Shown: in pieces, positions 38,601 through 49,394 of the stretch
Layout: each line of letters begins with the position of its first letter
How positions within the stretch are numbered: position 1 is the stretch's first letter
Assembly: GCA_944376065.1 (NCBI GenBank)
Contig: CALWBL010000008.1
Span: 8,418-72,417, forward strand
Direction: 5' to 3'
From: an uncultured Butyricicoccus sp.
GTDB lineage: Bacteria; Bacillota; Clostridia; Oscillospirales; Butyricicoccaceae
DNA length: 64,000 nt
The notes under the pieces: generated by a model
What the model was told of the DNA's origin: nothing
The model's database searches: none
The model's input: only the letters and a program-made list of their open reading frames with translations
Position numbers and translations under genes: made by a program

Positions 38601-38648
38601 AAATACGCCGTACCATAGGTTTTATTACCTTTGATACGGCGTATTTTT
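38601..38648. terminator. Bidirectional terminator
   Basis: AAATACGCCGTA / TACGGCGTATTT inverted repeat between convergent genes. Confidence 0.75.
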
Positions 38649-40606
38649 TAATTTAAAAAGAAAAATTCATCTTGCCTGTCATCATCAAATAGAAAGTTAT
38701 GGATTAAAAAATCATATTTATTATAAAAACTGTAATACTGAAAAGATGGAAAAGCATCATCTTTACCTATAACAGTGCCATCAGAAGTTATACATCCTGC
38801 TGGTGTTATAACAGGCAATTCTTCCATAAGTGAATATAAAAATTCTTGATAGCCAGTAAGCTCTATACCTGCTGTTTTCATCGCGAGCACACCAAGTCCC
38901 CAAGGTGATAAAATAATATCCTCTTGTTCAGGAATATCATAATTTGTCCAAATGAAAAATGGTGTTGTGTATTGTTTTAAAACTTCTTCTGTTGTTCTAT
39001 TGTTCATTGAAACATTAGTAATTTTTTCATAAAATGAGTTTGTAAGTGGAGGCTGATGGTCACCAAAAAATATTATCATGGTGGGAACATCTGTATTTGA
39101 ATAATGTGAAATTAAATTTCTAAGTGCATTATCTGATTCACGCATAAGGGAGAAAAATTGGTCTGCATCAGAGTATAGATTTTCCATGTCGCCAGTAAGC
39201 CAAATAGTTTTATCGAGATTTGTCCAAGGCACTCTATAGCCGCTGTGATTTTGCATGGTTACATTGAAAATAAATAGCGGCTCATTACCAGCGTTATCTG
39301 TTAAATAGTATAAATTTTCATAATCAGATTGGTCGGAGATATAGCCACGTATATAATATGGGTCTATCGTATCTTGTTGATACATTTGTTTGTCAAAGCC
39401 AAGCCAATTATAAACTGATGTTCTATTCCAGCCAGATGATTTATATGGGTGATATGCAACAGATGAATAACCAAGGCTTTTAAGCTGAGAAACAAGTGAT
39501 GGTGTGTTATCTTTTAGATAAAGCTGATATGCAACTGAATTTGCAGGCAAAAAAGAAATGGAATTGCCTGTTAAAAATTCAAATTCTACATTTGCAGTTC
39601 CTCCGCCTGTCACAGGTGAATACATAGTGCCTTTTATGGTGTTTTCTGAAAGACTATGCAAAAATGGCGTTGGGTCTGCTGAATATGGCACATTATATTC
39701 AGAAAAATCTGCAAAAGATTCATTCATAATCGCAATTATATGCACAGGCTGTGGATTATTGTCTGAATTAACATTGGGCGTATTTTCTATAATATTTAAA
39801 ACAGCCTCATCAGAGTAATTTTCTGGTGCAGTAACAATACTATATCTTAGTGAAACGGTGAAATTAAGCACAAATCCATTAGATTGAGTTTTCCACTGCT
39901 GTGAATATATACCAAAACTTTTCATCATGTCTGTGCCAAAGAATAATGACATGTAAACAATAGACAATGCACAAATTGTAAGTGAAATTCGTTTTTTTGG
40001 TCTTTTTGCTTTAGGCTCATGCGGCAAACAAAAAACTAAAATAAGATAGGCACAAGAGAATAAACATGCGCCAAGCATAGTTTTATCTGGTGTGAAATCA
40101 AATCCTTCGGACACATTAAGTGCAGTTTGCCATGAAAAAATATCACAAGGGAATATAACTCGTCCACGAAAACTTAAAACATAGTGATTTATAATTCCTA
40201 TTATGGTAAAAAATAAAGTTGAAATTACACAAGCAATTCTAATGCGACCCAGAAATATAGTTAAAAGCCCAAAAACAAGATAATACCAAACAAGATTAAA
40301 AAAACATTGAGTAACGCTTAGAGCATCAAAAGGATTGGTATTATTTAAAATTTCAACTGCAAGCAGGCAAACAGGTGCTCCTAAGACCAAAACAAATCTT
40401 GGAAACCATATTTTGCAAAAACCTTGAAGTGGGTGTGTTATAAATGAACAAAAACTGCATAAAATACCAAGTAAGGGTGCAAATTCTTTATTATCAGGAT
40501 AAAATCTATCGCAAACCAGCCAAACAACAAAAAATAAAATGACAGCTCGTATAGTAAGCAATCGTCTTTTAAAATGACCGTTTGCTTTTATGGTCAAAAA
40601 TGACAT
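38648..40606 (-). CDS. LTA synthase family / sulfatase-fold membrane protein
   Basis: N-terminal TMs, IMNESFAD, GGGTANVEFE (Thr nucleophile), TMQNH and FFGDHQP. Confidence 0.88.
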   Translation of the reverse strand: MSFLTIKANGHFKRRLLTIRAVILFFVVWLVCDRFYPDNKEFAPLLGILCSFCSFITHPLQGFCKIWFPRFVLVLGAPVCLLAVEILNNTNPFDALSVTQCFFNLVWYYLVFGLLTIFLGRIRIACVISTLFFTIIGIINHYVLSFRGRVIFPCDIFSWQTALNVSEGFDFTPDKTMLGACLFSCAYLILVFCLPHEPKAKRPKKRISLTICALSIVYMSLFFGTDMMKSFGIYSQQWKTQSNGFVLNFTVSLRYSIVTAPENYSDEAVLNIIENTPNVNSDNNPQPVHIIAIMNESFADFSEYNVPYSADPTPFLHSLSENTIKGTMYSPVTGGGTANVEFEFLTGNSISFLPANSVAYQLYLKDNTPSLVSQLKSLGYSSVAYHPYKSSGWNRTSVYNWLGFDKQMYQQDTIDPYYIRGYISDQSDYENLYYLTDNAGNEPLFIFNVTMQNHSGYRVPWTNLDKTIWLTGDMENLYSDADQFFSLMRESDNALRNLISHYSNTDVPTMIIFFGDHQPPLTNSFYEKITNVSMNNRTTEEVLKQYTTPFFIWTNYDIPEQEDIILSPWGLGVLAMKTAGIELTGYQEFLYSLMEELPVITPAGCITSDGTVIGKDDAFPSFQYYSFYNKYDFLIHNFLFDDDRQDEFFFLN

Positions 40607-40766
40607 AATTATCTCCTAAAAAATGAATATAGCTATATGGTAACTCTATAAATTTACTTTGTAAAGCATTTTTTAAATTTAATAGCTGTGTAAATGTTAA
40701 AACCGATATAATAAATGGTTTTAAATACATTTAAGAGGTAGAAATCGGAAAAAATTTGCGTTTTCC

Positions 40767-40795
40767 TTGCAATTTGTGTGTAGGCATGATATACT
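40767..40795 (+). promoter_or_regulatory. sigma-A promoter of the rimP-nusA-infB operon
   Basis: TTGCAA-17 nt-TATACT with extended TG. Confidence 0.7.
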
Positions 40796-40822
40796 CATAT
40801 AGGAAGTTAGTATGGAGTGTCG

Positions 40823-40850
40823 AGAGTGGGGAAACCCACTCTTTCTTATT
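40823..40850 (+). promoter_or_regulatory. rimP leader hairpin (attenuator-like)
   Basis: AGAGTGGG-GAAA-CCCACTCT followed by TTCTTATT, between the promoter and rimP. Confidence 0.7.
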
Positions 40851-40885
40851 GACCAAATCCAGAAACATATAAAAAGGAGGATTTT

Positions 40886-41350
40886 ATGCACACTAAAGAC
40901 CTTGTAAAGCGTGTAGAAGAGCTGGTTCTGCCCATTTGTGAGAACATAGGCGTAGAGCTTTGGGACGTTGAATTTGAAAAAGAGGGCGGACAATATATGC
41001 TGACCGTTACCATTGATAAGGAAGAAGGCGTGGATATTGACCACTGTGAGTCGGTTTCACGAACACTTGACCCAATGCTTGACGCAAAAGAATTTCAGTC
41101 AATGCCTGCGTATACACTGTGCGTATCTTCAGCAGGTTTAGAGCGTAGACTTAAAAAGAAAGCACATTTTGAAAAATTCATGGGTTCACCAGTAGAACTC
41201 AAGCTTTATAAGGCTATGAATGGTGCAAAAATCATTCAGGGTATACTAACAGCTTATGATGAGGGTGCAGTAACTCTCGATGTTGATGGTGAAACCCATA
41301 TTTATGAGCCGCAGGACATTGCGGCGGTTAGACTTACAGTACAATTTTAA
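40886..41350 (+). CDS. rimP: Ribosome maturation factor RimP
   Basis: IDKEEGVDIDHCE..SR, L.VSSAGLER.L; position upstream of nusA. Confidence 0.93.
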   Translation: MHTKDLVKRVEELVLPICENIGVELWDVEFEKEGGQYMLTVTIDKEEGVDIDHCESVSRTLDPMLDAKEFQSMPAYTLCVSSAGLERRLKKKAHFEKFMGSPVELKLYKAMNGAKIIQGILTAYDEGAVTLDVDGETHIYEPQDIAAVRLTVQF

Positions 41351-41371
41351 TTAAGGAGTGATTGTGGCAAG

Positions 41372-42502
41372 ATGAACGCAGAATTTTTTGCTGCATTAGA
41401 GCAGCTTGAGAAAGAAAAAGGTATTTCAGTAGATTATATGTTAGAGCGTGTAGGTCAGGCTCTTATTGCTGCATACAAAAAGATGAATGCAGGAATGACT
41501 GATAATGTATATGTTGAAACCGACCGCCAAAGAAAAGAAATCCGTATGTATGTTCGTAAGACAGTTGTTGATGATGTTTATGAACCATATGAAGAAATGA
41601 CTGTTGAAGAGGCTAGAGAATATAAACCAAATGCAATGCTTGGTGATATTATTGACATTGATATTCCACCTAAGTCCTTTGGCAGAATTGCAGCTCAGTC
41701 TGCAAAGCAGGTTATTATTCAAGGTATCCGTGAGGCAGAACATGGCATGACAATAACCGAGTTTGAGTCTAAATCACATGAGATTCTAAATGCAACTGTA
41801 AACCGTATTGACCCACGCTCTGGCAACGTTATCCTTGAGATTGTTTCCCATGGCGAAAAGACCGAGGCGGTACTCACTTCTTCTGAACAGGTTAAGGGGG
41901 AAACACTAAAGGAAGGTCAGCGTGTCAAGGTCTATGTCATGGAAGTGCGTCGTGGCACTCGCGGTCCTCAGATTATGATTTCTCGCACTCACCCTGGATT
42001 GGTTAAGCGTCTGTTTGAACTTGAGGTTCCAGAAATTCATGATGGTGTGGTAGAAGTTAAGTCTATTGCCCGTGAGGCAGGCAATCGTACAAAAATTGCT
42101 GTTTTCTCACAAGATGAAAATGTAGACCCAATTGGCGCTTGTGTTGGTACTCGTGGTGCTAGAGTTGGTAATATTGTAGATGAGCTTGGTGGCGAAAAGA
42201 TTGACATTATCAAGTGGTCTGAGGATATGGCAAAGTTTGTATCTGCAGCACTTGCTCCAGCAGACGTTATCACTGCTGAGATGCAGCCGGATGGAAAAAG
42301 CTGTCATGTAGTAGTTCCAGATGACCAGTTATCACTCGCTATTGGCAGAGAAGGTCAAAACGCTCGTTTGGCTGCAAAGCTGACAGGCTGCAAGATTGAT
42401 ATTGCACCAGCATCTCAGGCAAAAGCATCAGAGAAAGAAACAGATGACCAAATCATCGAAGAAGTTAGTGAAATTACTGAAACCGAGCAGATAGAGGAAT
42501 AA
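41372..42502 (+). CDS. nusA: Transcription factor NusA
   Basis: FGRIAAQSAKQVI, AREAGNRTKIAV and LSLAIGREGQNARLAAKLTG. Confidence 0.97.
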   Translation: MNAEFFAALEQLEKEKGISVDYMLERVGQALIAAYKKMNAGMTDNVYVETDRQRKEIRMYVRKTVVDDVYEPYEEMTVEEAREYKPNAMLGDIIDIDIPPKSFGRIAAQSAKQVIIQGIREAEHGMTITEFESKSHEILNATVNRIDPRSGNVILEIVSHGEKTEAVLTSSEQVKGETLKEGQRVKVYVMEVRRGTRGPQIMISRTHPGLVKRLFELEVPEIHDGVVEVKSIAREAGNRTKIAVFSQDENVDPIGACVGTRGARVGNIVDELGGEKIDIIKWSEDMAKFVSAALAPADVITAEMQPDGKSCHVVVPDDQLSLAIGREGQNARLAAKLTGCKIDIAPASQAKASEKETDDQIIEEVSEITETEQIEE

Positions 42503-42509
42503 AAGCATT

Positions 42510-42782
42510 ATGCAGAAAAAAATTCCTATGCGCCAGTGTTTAGGCTGCCGCACAATGTTCCCCAAAAAAGAGCTTATTCGCGTTGTGCGTTCTCCAGAGG
42601 GTGATTTATCCCTTGATTTTAAGGGTAAAGCACCAGGCAGAGGGGCATATCTTTGCCCAAATTCAGACTGTCTTAAAAAAGCAAGGAAATCCTGTGCTAT
42701 TGAAAGGGCATTTTCCATGCAGGTGCCAGAAGAAGTTTATAAGGCACTGGAACAGAAAATGGAGGACGAAACCAATGGCTAA
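42510..42782 (+). CDS. ylxR: YlxR/DUF448 RNA-binding protein
   Basis: PMRQCLGCR, KKELIRVV and GRGAYLC. Confidence 0.92.
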   Translation: MQKKIPMRQCLGCRTMFPKKELIRVVRSPEGDLSLDFKGKAPGRGAYLCPNSDCLKKARKSCAIERAFSMQVPEEVYKALEQKMEDETNG

Positions 42783-43161
42783 TGATGCAGCACTTGGGCT
42801 TTTAGGTTTAAGCCGCAGAGCGGGCAGGCTTGCTTTGGGTGAGGAACAAGTAAATGAAATGGTTGCAACTGGTAAATGCCGTGCAATTTTTATGGCTAAA
42901 GATATAGGCGATGCAACACGCAGAAAAGTAATGCGTCATGATGAAAAGATACCAGTATTTACACTTGAAGCTGAAAGAATTGACTTAGGTCACGCAATCG
43001 GTATGCAAGGCTGTGCAGTTTGTGCGGTAAATGATATTGGTATGGCAAACGCTATAGCTTTAAAACTAGAGTCAGCAAGCGAAAAAAATGCAAAGGCTGC
43101 CCAGCGTGTTTTTGAAAAAAAAGCAAGAATTGATAGCCGAAAGGGTAAAAAGAAAAAATAA
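42775..43161 (+). CDS. L7Ae/L30e-like RNA-binding protein (YlxQ-like)
   Basis: LGLLGLSRRAGRL..G; ATG 42775 after GGAGG; position before infB. Confidence 0.85.
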   Translation: MANDAALGLLGLSRRAGRLALGEEQVNEMVATGKCRAIFMAKDIGDATRRKVMRHDEKIPVFTLEAERIDLGHAIGMQGCAVCAVNDIGMANAIALKLESASEKNAKAAQRVFEKKARIDSRKGKKKK

Positions 43162-43216
43162 ATTCTTTTACACAGCGGTCAGAGCTGCGTTAAATTTCAT
43201 TAGGAGGTGAACGCCA

Positions 43217-45499
43217 ATGGCGATTGAAAATAAGTATAGAGTGCATGAAGTAGCGAAGGATTTTGGAAAAACCACCAAGGAAATTACAGACATTCTGACC
43301 AAATATGCAACAACTCCCAAAAACCATATGCAGGCATTAAATGATAAGGAGTTAAGCATTATTTTTGAGTCCATCACACAAAATCAGCAGGTAGACAATA
43401 TAGAGAAAGCATTAAATGCACAGGGCGGAAAAGAAGAAAAGAAGGTGACTAAAGTGGCCCAAAAGACAGAAAATGTACAACAGGAAGCTCCACGCTCCAC
43501 AAAGGTAAAACAGGTTCATAGAATCGATACAAGAGGCGGCGGAGATGTAAACCTTGATAAATATGACGAACGAATTGATTCTCTAGTATCTGAGAAAGCG
43601 GAAAGAATGCAGTCTACAGGTCAGAAAAAGCAAAAACTAACAAAGAAATCTGACCAGAGAGCTAGACAACAATATGGCTCCAAACGCCGTCTTGAGGAGC
43701 AAGAGAAAATGAAACGTTTGCAGCGTCAGCAGCAAACAGTGAAGAAAGTACAACTTAAAGTGTCCATTCCAGATGAAATCAATGTTGGTGAGTTCGCTCA
43801 GCGTATGAAACGAACCGCAGCAGATGTTATCAAAGAGCTGATGAAACTGGGTGTTATGGCATCAATCTCTCAAACAATCGATTTTGATACCGCTGCACTT
43901 GTTGCCGAAGAAATGGGTGCAAAGGTCGAACATGAGGTTCATGTGACGATTGAAGAAAAGCTGTTTGATGAATCTGAGGATAATGCAGAGGATTTAAAGC
44001 CACGTGACCCAGTAGTCGTTGTTATGGGACACGTTGACCATGGTAAAACATCTCTGCTTGATGCAATTAGAAAAACTAAGGTTACAGAAGGCGAAGCAGG
44101 TGGTATTACTCAGCATATTGGTGCTTACCGTGTTCATGTAAATGGAAAGCCAATTACATTCCTTGATACACCAGGTCACGCAGCATTTACTTCTATGCGT
44201 GCAAGAGGTGCTCAGGTAACTGATATTGCTATTCTAGTTGTTGCAGCTGATGATGGTATCATGCCACAGACAATAGAGGCGATCAATCATGCAAAAGCAG
44301 CGAATGTGCCAATTATTGTAGCTGTAAACAAGATTGATAAGGATGGTGCAAACCCAGAAAGAATTTTGCAGCAGCTTACAGAATACGAACTCGTTCCAGA
44401 AGAATGGGGCGGCGATACTATAGTTTGTAATATCTCAGCTAAGTTTGGTCAGGGTATTGAAAACCTACTAGAGATGGTTCTGCTTACAGCAGAAGTTGCA
44501 GACCTAAAGGCAAATCCAAACCGCCAAGCTAAGGGTACTGTTATTGAGGCTAAACTTGACAAGGGTCGTGGTCCGGTTGCAACTGTTCTCGTTCAAAATG
44601 GTACACTTCATGCAGGTGATATTATTATCGCAGGCACAGCAGTTGGTCGTGTTCGTGCAATGACCGATGATGATGGTAAGAAAATCAAGAGTGCAGGTCC
44701 ATCTGTACCAGTTGAGATTATCGGTCTTGCTGAAGTTCCTGGTGCGGGTGATATCTTCTATGCCGTTGATGATGAACGTATGGCTCGTCAGCTTGTAGAG
44801 CAGCGTAAGGAGAAAGAAAAAGAAGAACGTAATAAGGCAATGCATAAGGTTACACTTGATAATCTGTTCGCATCTATCCAAGAAGGTCAGATGAAGGAAC
44901 TTAATATCATTGTTAAGGCTGATGTTCAAGGCTCTGTTGAAGCTCTTCGTGCAAGTCTTGAAAAACTGTCTAATGATGAGGTTAGAGTTAAGGTTATCCA
45001 TGGTGCAGTTGGCGCTATTAGTGAATCTGATGTTATGCTTGCAAGTGCATCTGGTGCAATTATTGTAGGCTTTAATGTTCGCCCAGACCGTGCCGCATCT
45101 GAATCAGCAGACCAGCAGGGTGTTGATATGCGTATGTATCGCATTATCTATGATTGTATTGAGGAAATGGAGCAGGCTATGAAAGGCATGCTTGCACCAA
45201 AGTTCAGAGAGGCAATTTTAGGTCATGCAGAAGTACGTACAACATTCAGAGTATCTGGTGTTGGTACTATTGCAGGCTGCTATGTACAAGATGGAAAAAT
45301 TCAGCGTAATGCACAGGTTCGTATTGTTCGTGATGGTATTGTTGTTCATGAAGGTGTGCTGTCCTCACTCAAGCGATTTAAAGATGATGTTAAGGAAGTT
45401 GCGTCAAGTTATGAATGTGGTTGCGGTTTTGAAAACTTCAACGATATCAAGGAAGGCGATGTATTCGAGGCATTTGTAATGGAAGAAATTCCACGATAA
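43217..45499 (+). CDS. infB: Translation initiation factor IF-2
   Basis: [13 protein letters not shown] and NKID GTPase motifs; C-terminal IF2 domains. Confidence 0.98.
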   Translation: MAIENKYRVHEVAKDFGKTTKEITDILTKYATTPKNHMQALNDKELSIIFESITQNQQVDNIEKALNAQGGKEEKKVTKVAQKTENVQQEAPRSTKVKQVHRIDTRGGGDVNLDKYDERIDSLVSEKAERMQSTGQKKQKLTKKSDQRARQQYGSKRRLEEQEKMKRLQRQQQTVKKVQLKVSIPDEINVGEFAQRMKRTAADVIKELMKLGVMASISQTIDFDTAALVAEEMGAKVEHEVHVTIEEKLFDESEDNAEDLKPRDPVVVVMGHVDHGKTSLLDAIRKTKVTEGEAGGITQHIGAYRVHVNGKPITFLDTPGHAAFTSMRARGAQVTDIAILVVAADDGIMPQTIEAINHAKAANVPIIVAVNKIDKDGANPERILQQLTEYELVPEEWGGDTIVCNISAKFGQGIENLLEMVLLTAEVADLKANPNRQAKGTVIEAKLDKGRGPVATVLVQNGTLHAGDIIIAGTAVGRVRAMTDDDGKKIKSAGPSVPVEIIGLAEVPGAGDIFYAVDDERMARQLVEQRKEKEKEERNKAMHKVTLDNLFASIQEGQMKELNIIVKADVQGSVEALRASLEKLSNDEVRVKVIHGAVGAISESDVMLASASGAIIVGFNVRPDRAASESADQQGVDMRMYRIIYDCIEEMEQAMKGMLAPKFREAILGHAEVRTTFRVSGVGTIAGCYVQDGKIQRNAQVRIVRDGIVVHEGVLSSLKRFKDDVKEVASSYECGCGFENFNDIKEGDVFEAFVMEEIPR

Positions 45500-45522
45500 T
45501 AAAATAAATTAGCTTTTTAGAT

Positions 45523-45549
45523 AGGGCGGGCGTTTCGCCCGTCCTGTTT
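45523..45549 (+). terminator. GC-rich hairpin between infB and rbfA (partial terminator or stabiliser)
   Basis: AGGGCGGGCG / CGCCCGTCCT followed by GTTT. Confidence 0.45.
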
Positions 45550-45578
45550 CGCTTTTTAACAAAGGAGGGAAATTTTAA

Positions 45579-45953
45579 ATGGCATCAAATAGAATTGATA
45601 GAATTTCAGAAGAAGTTATGAAAGCTCTTGCAGAGGCTTTGAGAAATGTAAAGGACCCACGAGTACAAAATGGTCTTGTTTCTGTAACTCATTGTGAAGT
45701 AACAGGCGATTTAAGATATGCCAAAATTTATATCTCTGTGTTTGGCTCTGACGAACAAGCAAAAGAGGTAATGAGAGGATTAAAATCTGCATCTGGCTGG
45801 CTGCGTCGTGAGGTAGGCCACAAGGTTCAGCTAAGATATGCTCCTGAGCTTGTATTCCACCTTGACAGCTCTATGACTCATGGTGCTCATATTTCACAGG
45901 TCATTCATGACCTTGAGCGTGATGGCAAAATGGGGGACAATACTGATGAGTAA
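45579..45953 (+). CDS. rbfA: Ribosome-binding factor A
   Basis: VKDPR, DLRYAKIYIS, and LRYAPEL.F..D.S. Confidence 0.95.
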   Translation: MASNRIDRISEEVMKALAEALRNVKDPRVQNGLVSVTHCEVTGDLRYAKIYISVFGSDEQAKEVMRGLKSASGWLRREVGHKVQLRYAPELVFHLDSSMTHGAHISQVIHDLERDGKMGDNTDE

Positions 45954-46923
45954 TATCAGCGTTATAAAGGCGGCTGAGCTTTTATTAAAAGCTAATAATA
46001 TTCTGATTATAACTCATCGCAGACCAGATGGAGATACAACAGGCTGTGCAGGTGCACTATGCAGAGCACTTCGTCAAATTGATAAAAACGCTTATATTTT
46101 GGAAAATCCAGATATAACAAAAAGATATACACCGCTTATTGCGCCTTATAAGCCAAACGAAAATTTTACACCAGATTTTATAGTTACAACTGATATTGCT
46201 GATACAAATTTATTTACGCTAAATGCTGAAAAGTATATTGGTAAAATTGATTTGGTCATTGACCATCATAAGTCAAACTCAGAGTTTGGCAAGGCTAATT
46301 TAATCAGACCTCAGGCAGGGGCTTGTGGTGAAGTAGTCCTTGATGTTATTGAGCATATGGGTGTAACTCTTACAACTGATATTGCTGAGTGCATTTATGT
46401 TGCACTCAGCACAGATACAGGCTGCTTTAAATTCTCAAATACAACCCCAGATACCTTGCGTGGAGCTGCAAAATGTCTTGAGGCAGGTGTAGATGGTGGT
46501 GAAATAAATAGGGCATTATTTGAAGTTAAAACATGGCCAAGATTTCAAATGGAACGCATTATTTTTGATACAATGGAGTTTGCAAACGATAGAAAAGTTG
46601 CCATTGCTAAACTTTACCGCAAAGATATTGATAAAACTGGTGCTGACATGGACGACCTTGATTCCATTGCATCATTAACCCGTCAGCTTGAGGGCGTGGA
46701 AGTGGGAATAACACTTACAGAAAATAAAGATGGAAGTGTTAAGGCATCTGTACGAACAACAAAAGAAGTTGACGCATCTGCAATTTGTTCAAAATGTGGC
46801 GGTGGTGGTCATATTCGTGCAGCGGGTGCAAGTTTTGGACCAGAAATTGATATGGAAAAAGCACATCAGATAATATTAAGTGCTACTATGGAGGTTTACA
46901 GAGAAGCAAATGCCAGAACTTAA
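45946..46923 (+). CDS. DHH/DHHA1 phosphoesterase (NrnA-like)
   Basis: HRRPDGD, IDHH, DTG.F, SVR and GGGGH..AAG. Confidence 0.92.
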   Translation: MSNISVIKAAELLLKANNILIITHRRPDGDTTGCAGALCRALRQIDKNAYILENPDITKRYTPLIAPYKPNENFTPDFIVTTDIADTNLFTLNAEKYIGKIDLVIDHHKSNSEFGKANLIRPQAGACGEVVLDVIEHMGVTLTTDIAECIYVALSTDTGCFKFSNTTPDTLRGAAKCLEAGVDGGEINRALFEVKTWPRFQMERIIFDTMEFANDRKVAIAKLYRKDIDKTGADMDDLDSIASLTRQLEGVEVGITLTENKDGSVKASVRTTKEVDASAICSKCGGGGHIRAAGASFGPEIDMEKAHQIILSATMEVYREANART

Positions 46924-47824
46924 TGGAATTTTACTGATGAATAAGCCTGAGGGATTTACCTCACATGATGTAGTGGCAAAATTAAGAGGTATGCTTAGAA
47001 CACGCAAAATCGGTCATGGCGGTACACTTGACCCCATGGCAACAGGAGTTTTGCCCATATTTATAGGTGGTGCAACTCGTGCAGCAGATTTTGCAGCAGC
47101 TCAGGAAAAAGAATATATTGCGGGGTTTAATCTTGGTTTTTGTACTGATACACAGGACACAACAGGTCAAATATTAAAAAAATCTGATAAAAAAGCCAGC
47201 CCTACTGAGATTTATATGGCTGTGAAATCTATAAAAGGACAGCAAAAGCAAACTCCGCCAATGTATTCGGCTGTTAAAATCGGTGGACAAAAACTCTACG
47301 ATTTGGCAAGAAAGGGCAAAGAAGTGGAGCGTCCAGAAAGAGATGTTTTTGTTGCTAAGAGTGAGCTTGTTTCTTTTGATGACCAAATGCAGTGCGGACA
47401 GATTCAGTTAGTTGTAAGCAAAGGCACATATGTACGCACGATAATACATGATTTAGGAGAAAATATAGGCACTTATGCCGTAATGAACAGCCTTGTTCGC
47501 ACTCGAGCGGGTGAATATAAACTAAACGAATGTGTGGATTTTGAGACCGTACAAAATGCAGCAAATGAGGGGGAAATACAAGCCTTACTTCATGCAACAG
47601 ATAGCTTGTTTTTAAACTATCCGGCGGTGTCACTTACAGATGAAGGTGAAGAAAGAGCTGCTCGTGGTGCGGTTTTATTCCAAAGACACACCCAAAATGG
47701 TTTTAAAGAGCAGCAAAATGAGCTGTATCGTGTATATGACAAACAAGGTTTTCGCATGTTAGGACAGATTCGTACACTTGATAAGGGCGGACTCGCACTG
47801 TTTGTTTATAAAAACTTCAGATAA
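46910..47824 (+). CDS. truB: tRNA pseudouridine(55) synthase
   Basis: KPEGFTSHD, GHGGTLDP.ATGVL, PPMYSAVK and SKGTYVR. Confidence 0.96.
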   Translation: MPELNGILLMNKPEGFTSHDVVAKLRGMLRTRKIGHGGTLDPMATGVLPIFIGGATRAADFAAAQEKEYIAGFNLGFCTDTQDTTGQILKKSDKKASPTEIYMAVKSIKGQQKQTPPMYSAVKIGGQKLYDLARKGKEVERPERDVFVAKSELVSFDDQMQCGQIQLVVSKGTYVRTIIHDLGENIGTYAVMNSLVRTRAGEYKLNECVDFETVQNAANEGEIQALLHATDSLFLNYPAVSLTDEGEERAARGAVLFQRHTQNGFKEQQNELYRVYDKQGFRMLGQIRTLDKGGLALFVYKNFR

Positions 47825-47862
47825 GCTGATATTTTATTGCAATCAATTAAGGAATTTAAAAG

Positions 47863-48771
47863 ATGAATAATAAGAAGGTGCCTCGTGCAATAGCACTTGG
47901 CTATTTTGATGGTGTGCATTTAGGGCATAAAGCACTTATGGATAAAGCTGTTTTAAGAGCAAAAGAAATAGGTGGAATTTCATCGGTTTTCACGTTTGAC
48001 CAGCACCCAACATCTGTAATGAGCGGCACACAAGTGCCTATGCTTACTGCAAAAGCATCAAGAGCAGATGAGATAAAACAGCTTGGCAAAGTTGATGAGG
48101 TTATTTTAGGGCATTTTGATGATAATTTACGCACAATGGACTGGAAAGACTTCATTCATGAGCTGCTTATAAAAAAATTCAATGCAAAATATATCATATC
48201 TGGGCATAATAACAGATTTGGCTATAAAGGACTTGGAACACCAGAGGGTATGGCAGAGGAATGCAAAAAGGCTGGTATAGGTTACGATTGTATACCAGAT
48301 GTTAAAGTTGATGGTATAACTGTTTCATCAACATATATTCGTCAGCTTATTTCCCAAGGCGAAATGGAAAGGGCAATTAAGTTTTTAGGTCACCCATATA
48401 CCGTTTCGGGAGTAGTTCAGCATGGAAGAAAGGTTGGAACTCGTACATTAGGTGTGCCTACTTTAAATTTGGCACTTCCAAAAGAAATGGCACTTCCACC
48501 TTATGGTGTTTATGCTGCACTTGTTGTGATAGATGGCAAAAGCTACCCTGCTGCTACAAATATCGGTATAAAGCCAACATTTGAAGATGGTGGGACACCT
48601 ACAATAGAGCCTCATTTGTTGGATTTTGTGGGTGATTTATATGGAAAATTTATTCATATTGAGTTTTATAAATTCTTGCGTCCTGAAAAAACATTTACAA
48701 ATGTACAGGAACTTAAAGCTGCAATAATGAAAAATATTGAGCAAACAAGGGAATATTTCGCATCGAATTAG
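47863..48771 (+). CDS. ribF: Bifunctional riboflavin kinase / FAD synthetase
   Basis: GYFDGVHLGH, VSSTYIR, PTLN, NIGIKPT and EPH. Confidence 0.95.
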   Translation: MNNKKVPRAIALGYFDGVHLGHKALMDKAVLRAKEIGGISSVFTFDQHPTSVMSGTQVPMLTAKASRADEIKQLGKVDEVILGHFDDNLRTMDWKDFIHELLIKKFNAKYIISGHNNRFGYKGLGTPEGMAEECKKAGIGYDCIPDVKVDGITVSSTYIRQLISQGEMERAIKFLGHPYTVSGVVQHGRKVGTRTLGVPTLNLALPKEMALPPYGVYAALVVIDGKSYPAATNIGIKPTFEDGGTPTIEPHLLDFVGDLYGKFIHIEFYKFLRPEKTFTNVQELKAAIMKNIEQTREYFASN

Positions 48772-48775
48772 AAAC

Positions 48776-48810
48776 TTATCCTCAGATTTTTATAGTCTGA
48801 GGATAAATTT
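48776..48810 (+). terminator. Terminator after ribF
   Basis: TTATCCTCAGA / TCTGAGGATAA inverted repeat. Confidence 0.6.
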
Positions 48811-48834
48811 TTATAATAAAAACATGAAAAATGC

Positions 48835-48863
48835 TTGAAAAAGATGAAAAAATCACATAGAAT
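48835..48863 (+). promoter_or_regulatory. sigma-A promoter of trmL
   Basis: TTGAAA-17 nt-TAGAAT. Confidence 0.6.
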
Positions 48864-48893
48864 AAAAGTGTAGACCATGAAAAGAGGGTATAT

Positions 48894-49394
48894 ATGTTTA
48901 ATATCGTTTTGGTTGAGCCGGAAATTCCTCAAAACACCGGTAATATAGCCCGCACCTGTGCTGCCACAGGTTCTGTACTTCATCTTGTTCGCCCGCTTGG
49001 CTTTGAGATTGATGATAAAAAACTAAAGCGTGCAGGACTTGATTACTGGCACCTTTTAGATATTAGATATTATGATAATCTGGACGATTTCTTCGATAAA
49101 AATCCAGATGGTCAGTATTTCTATCTTACAACAAAAGCACAGCATAGTTATACAGATGTAAAGTTTAATGATGGTGCTTATTTGCTTTTCGGTAAGGAAA
49201 CAAAAGGACTTGCTGAAGCCTTGCTTATCAAAAATCCAGAAAGATGCATTCGCATACCAATGCGTGAAGGTGCGAGAAGTCTTAACCTTTCAAATTCTGT
49301 TGCAATAACCGTTTTTGAGGCTTTAAGGCAGACTGGTTTCAAAGGTCTTGAGGAGGCGGGGGTTTTTCCTGCAGATATTGGACTTGCACTTTAA
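48894..49394 (+). CDS. trmL: tRNA (cytidine/uridine-2'-O)-methyltransferase
   Basis: PEIPQNTGNIARTC, LKRAGLDYW, FGKET.GL and RSLNLSNS. Confidence 0.95.
   Translation: MFNIVLVEPEIPQNTGNIARTCAATGSVLHLVRPLGFEIDDKKLKRAGLDYWHLLDIRYYDNLDDFFDKNPDGQYFYLTTKAQHSYTDVKFNDGAYLLFGKETKGLAEALLIKNPERCIRIPMREGARSLNLSNSVAITVFEALRQTGFKGLEEAGVFPADIGLAL

Noticed and set aside
38365-38616. 83-aa minus-strand ORF in the ORF track
   Set aside because: It is antisense to the 54-aa plus-strand ORF, which has the SD, promoter and terminator context. It would also have to cross terminators.
42583-42774. N-terminal 64 aa of the ORF-track 192-aa L7Ae ORF
   Set aside because: It overlaps ylxR out of frame. The real start is ATG 42775 after GGAGG.
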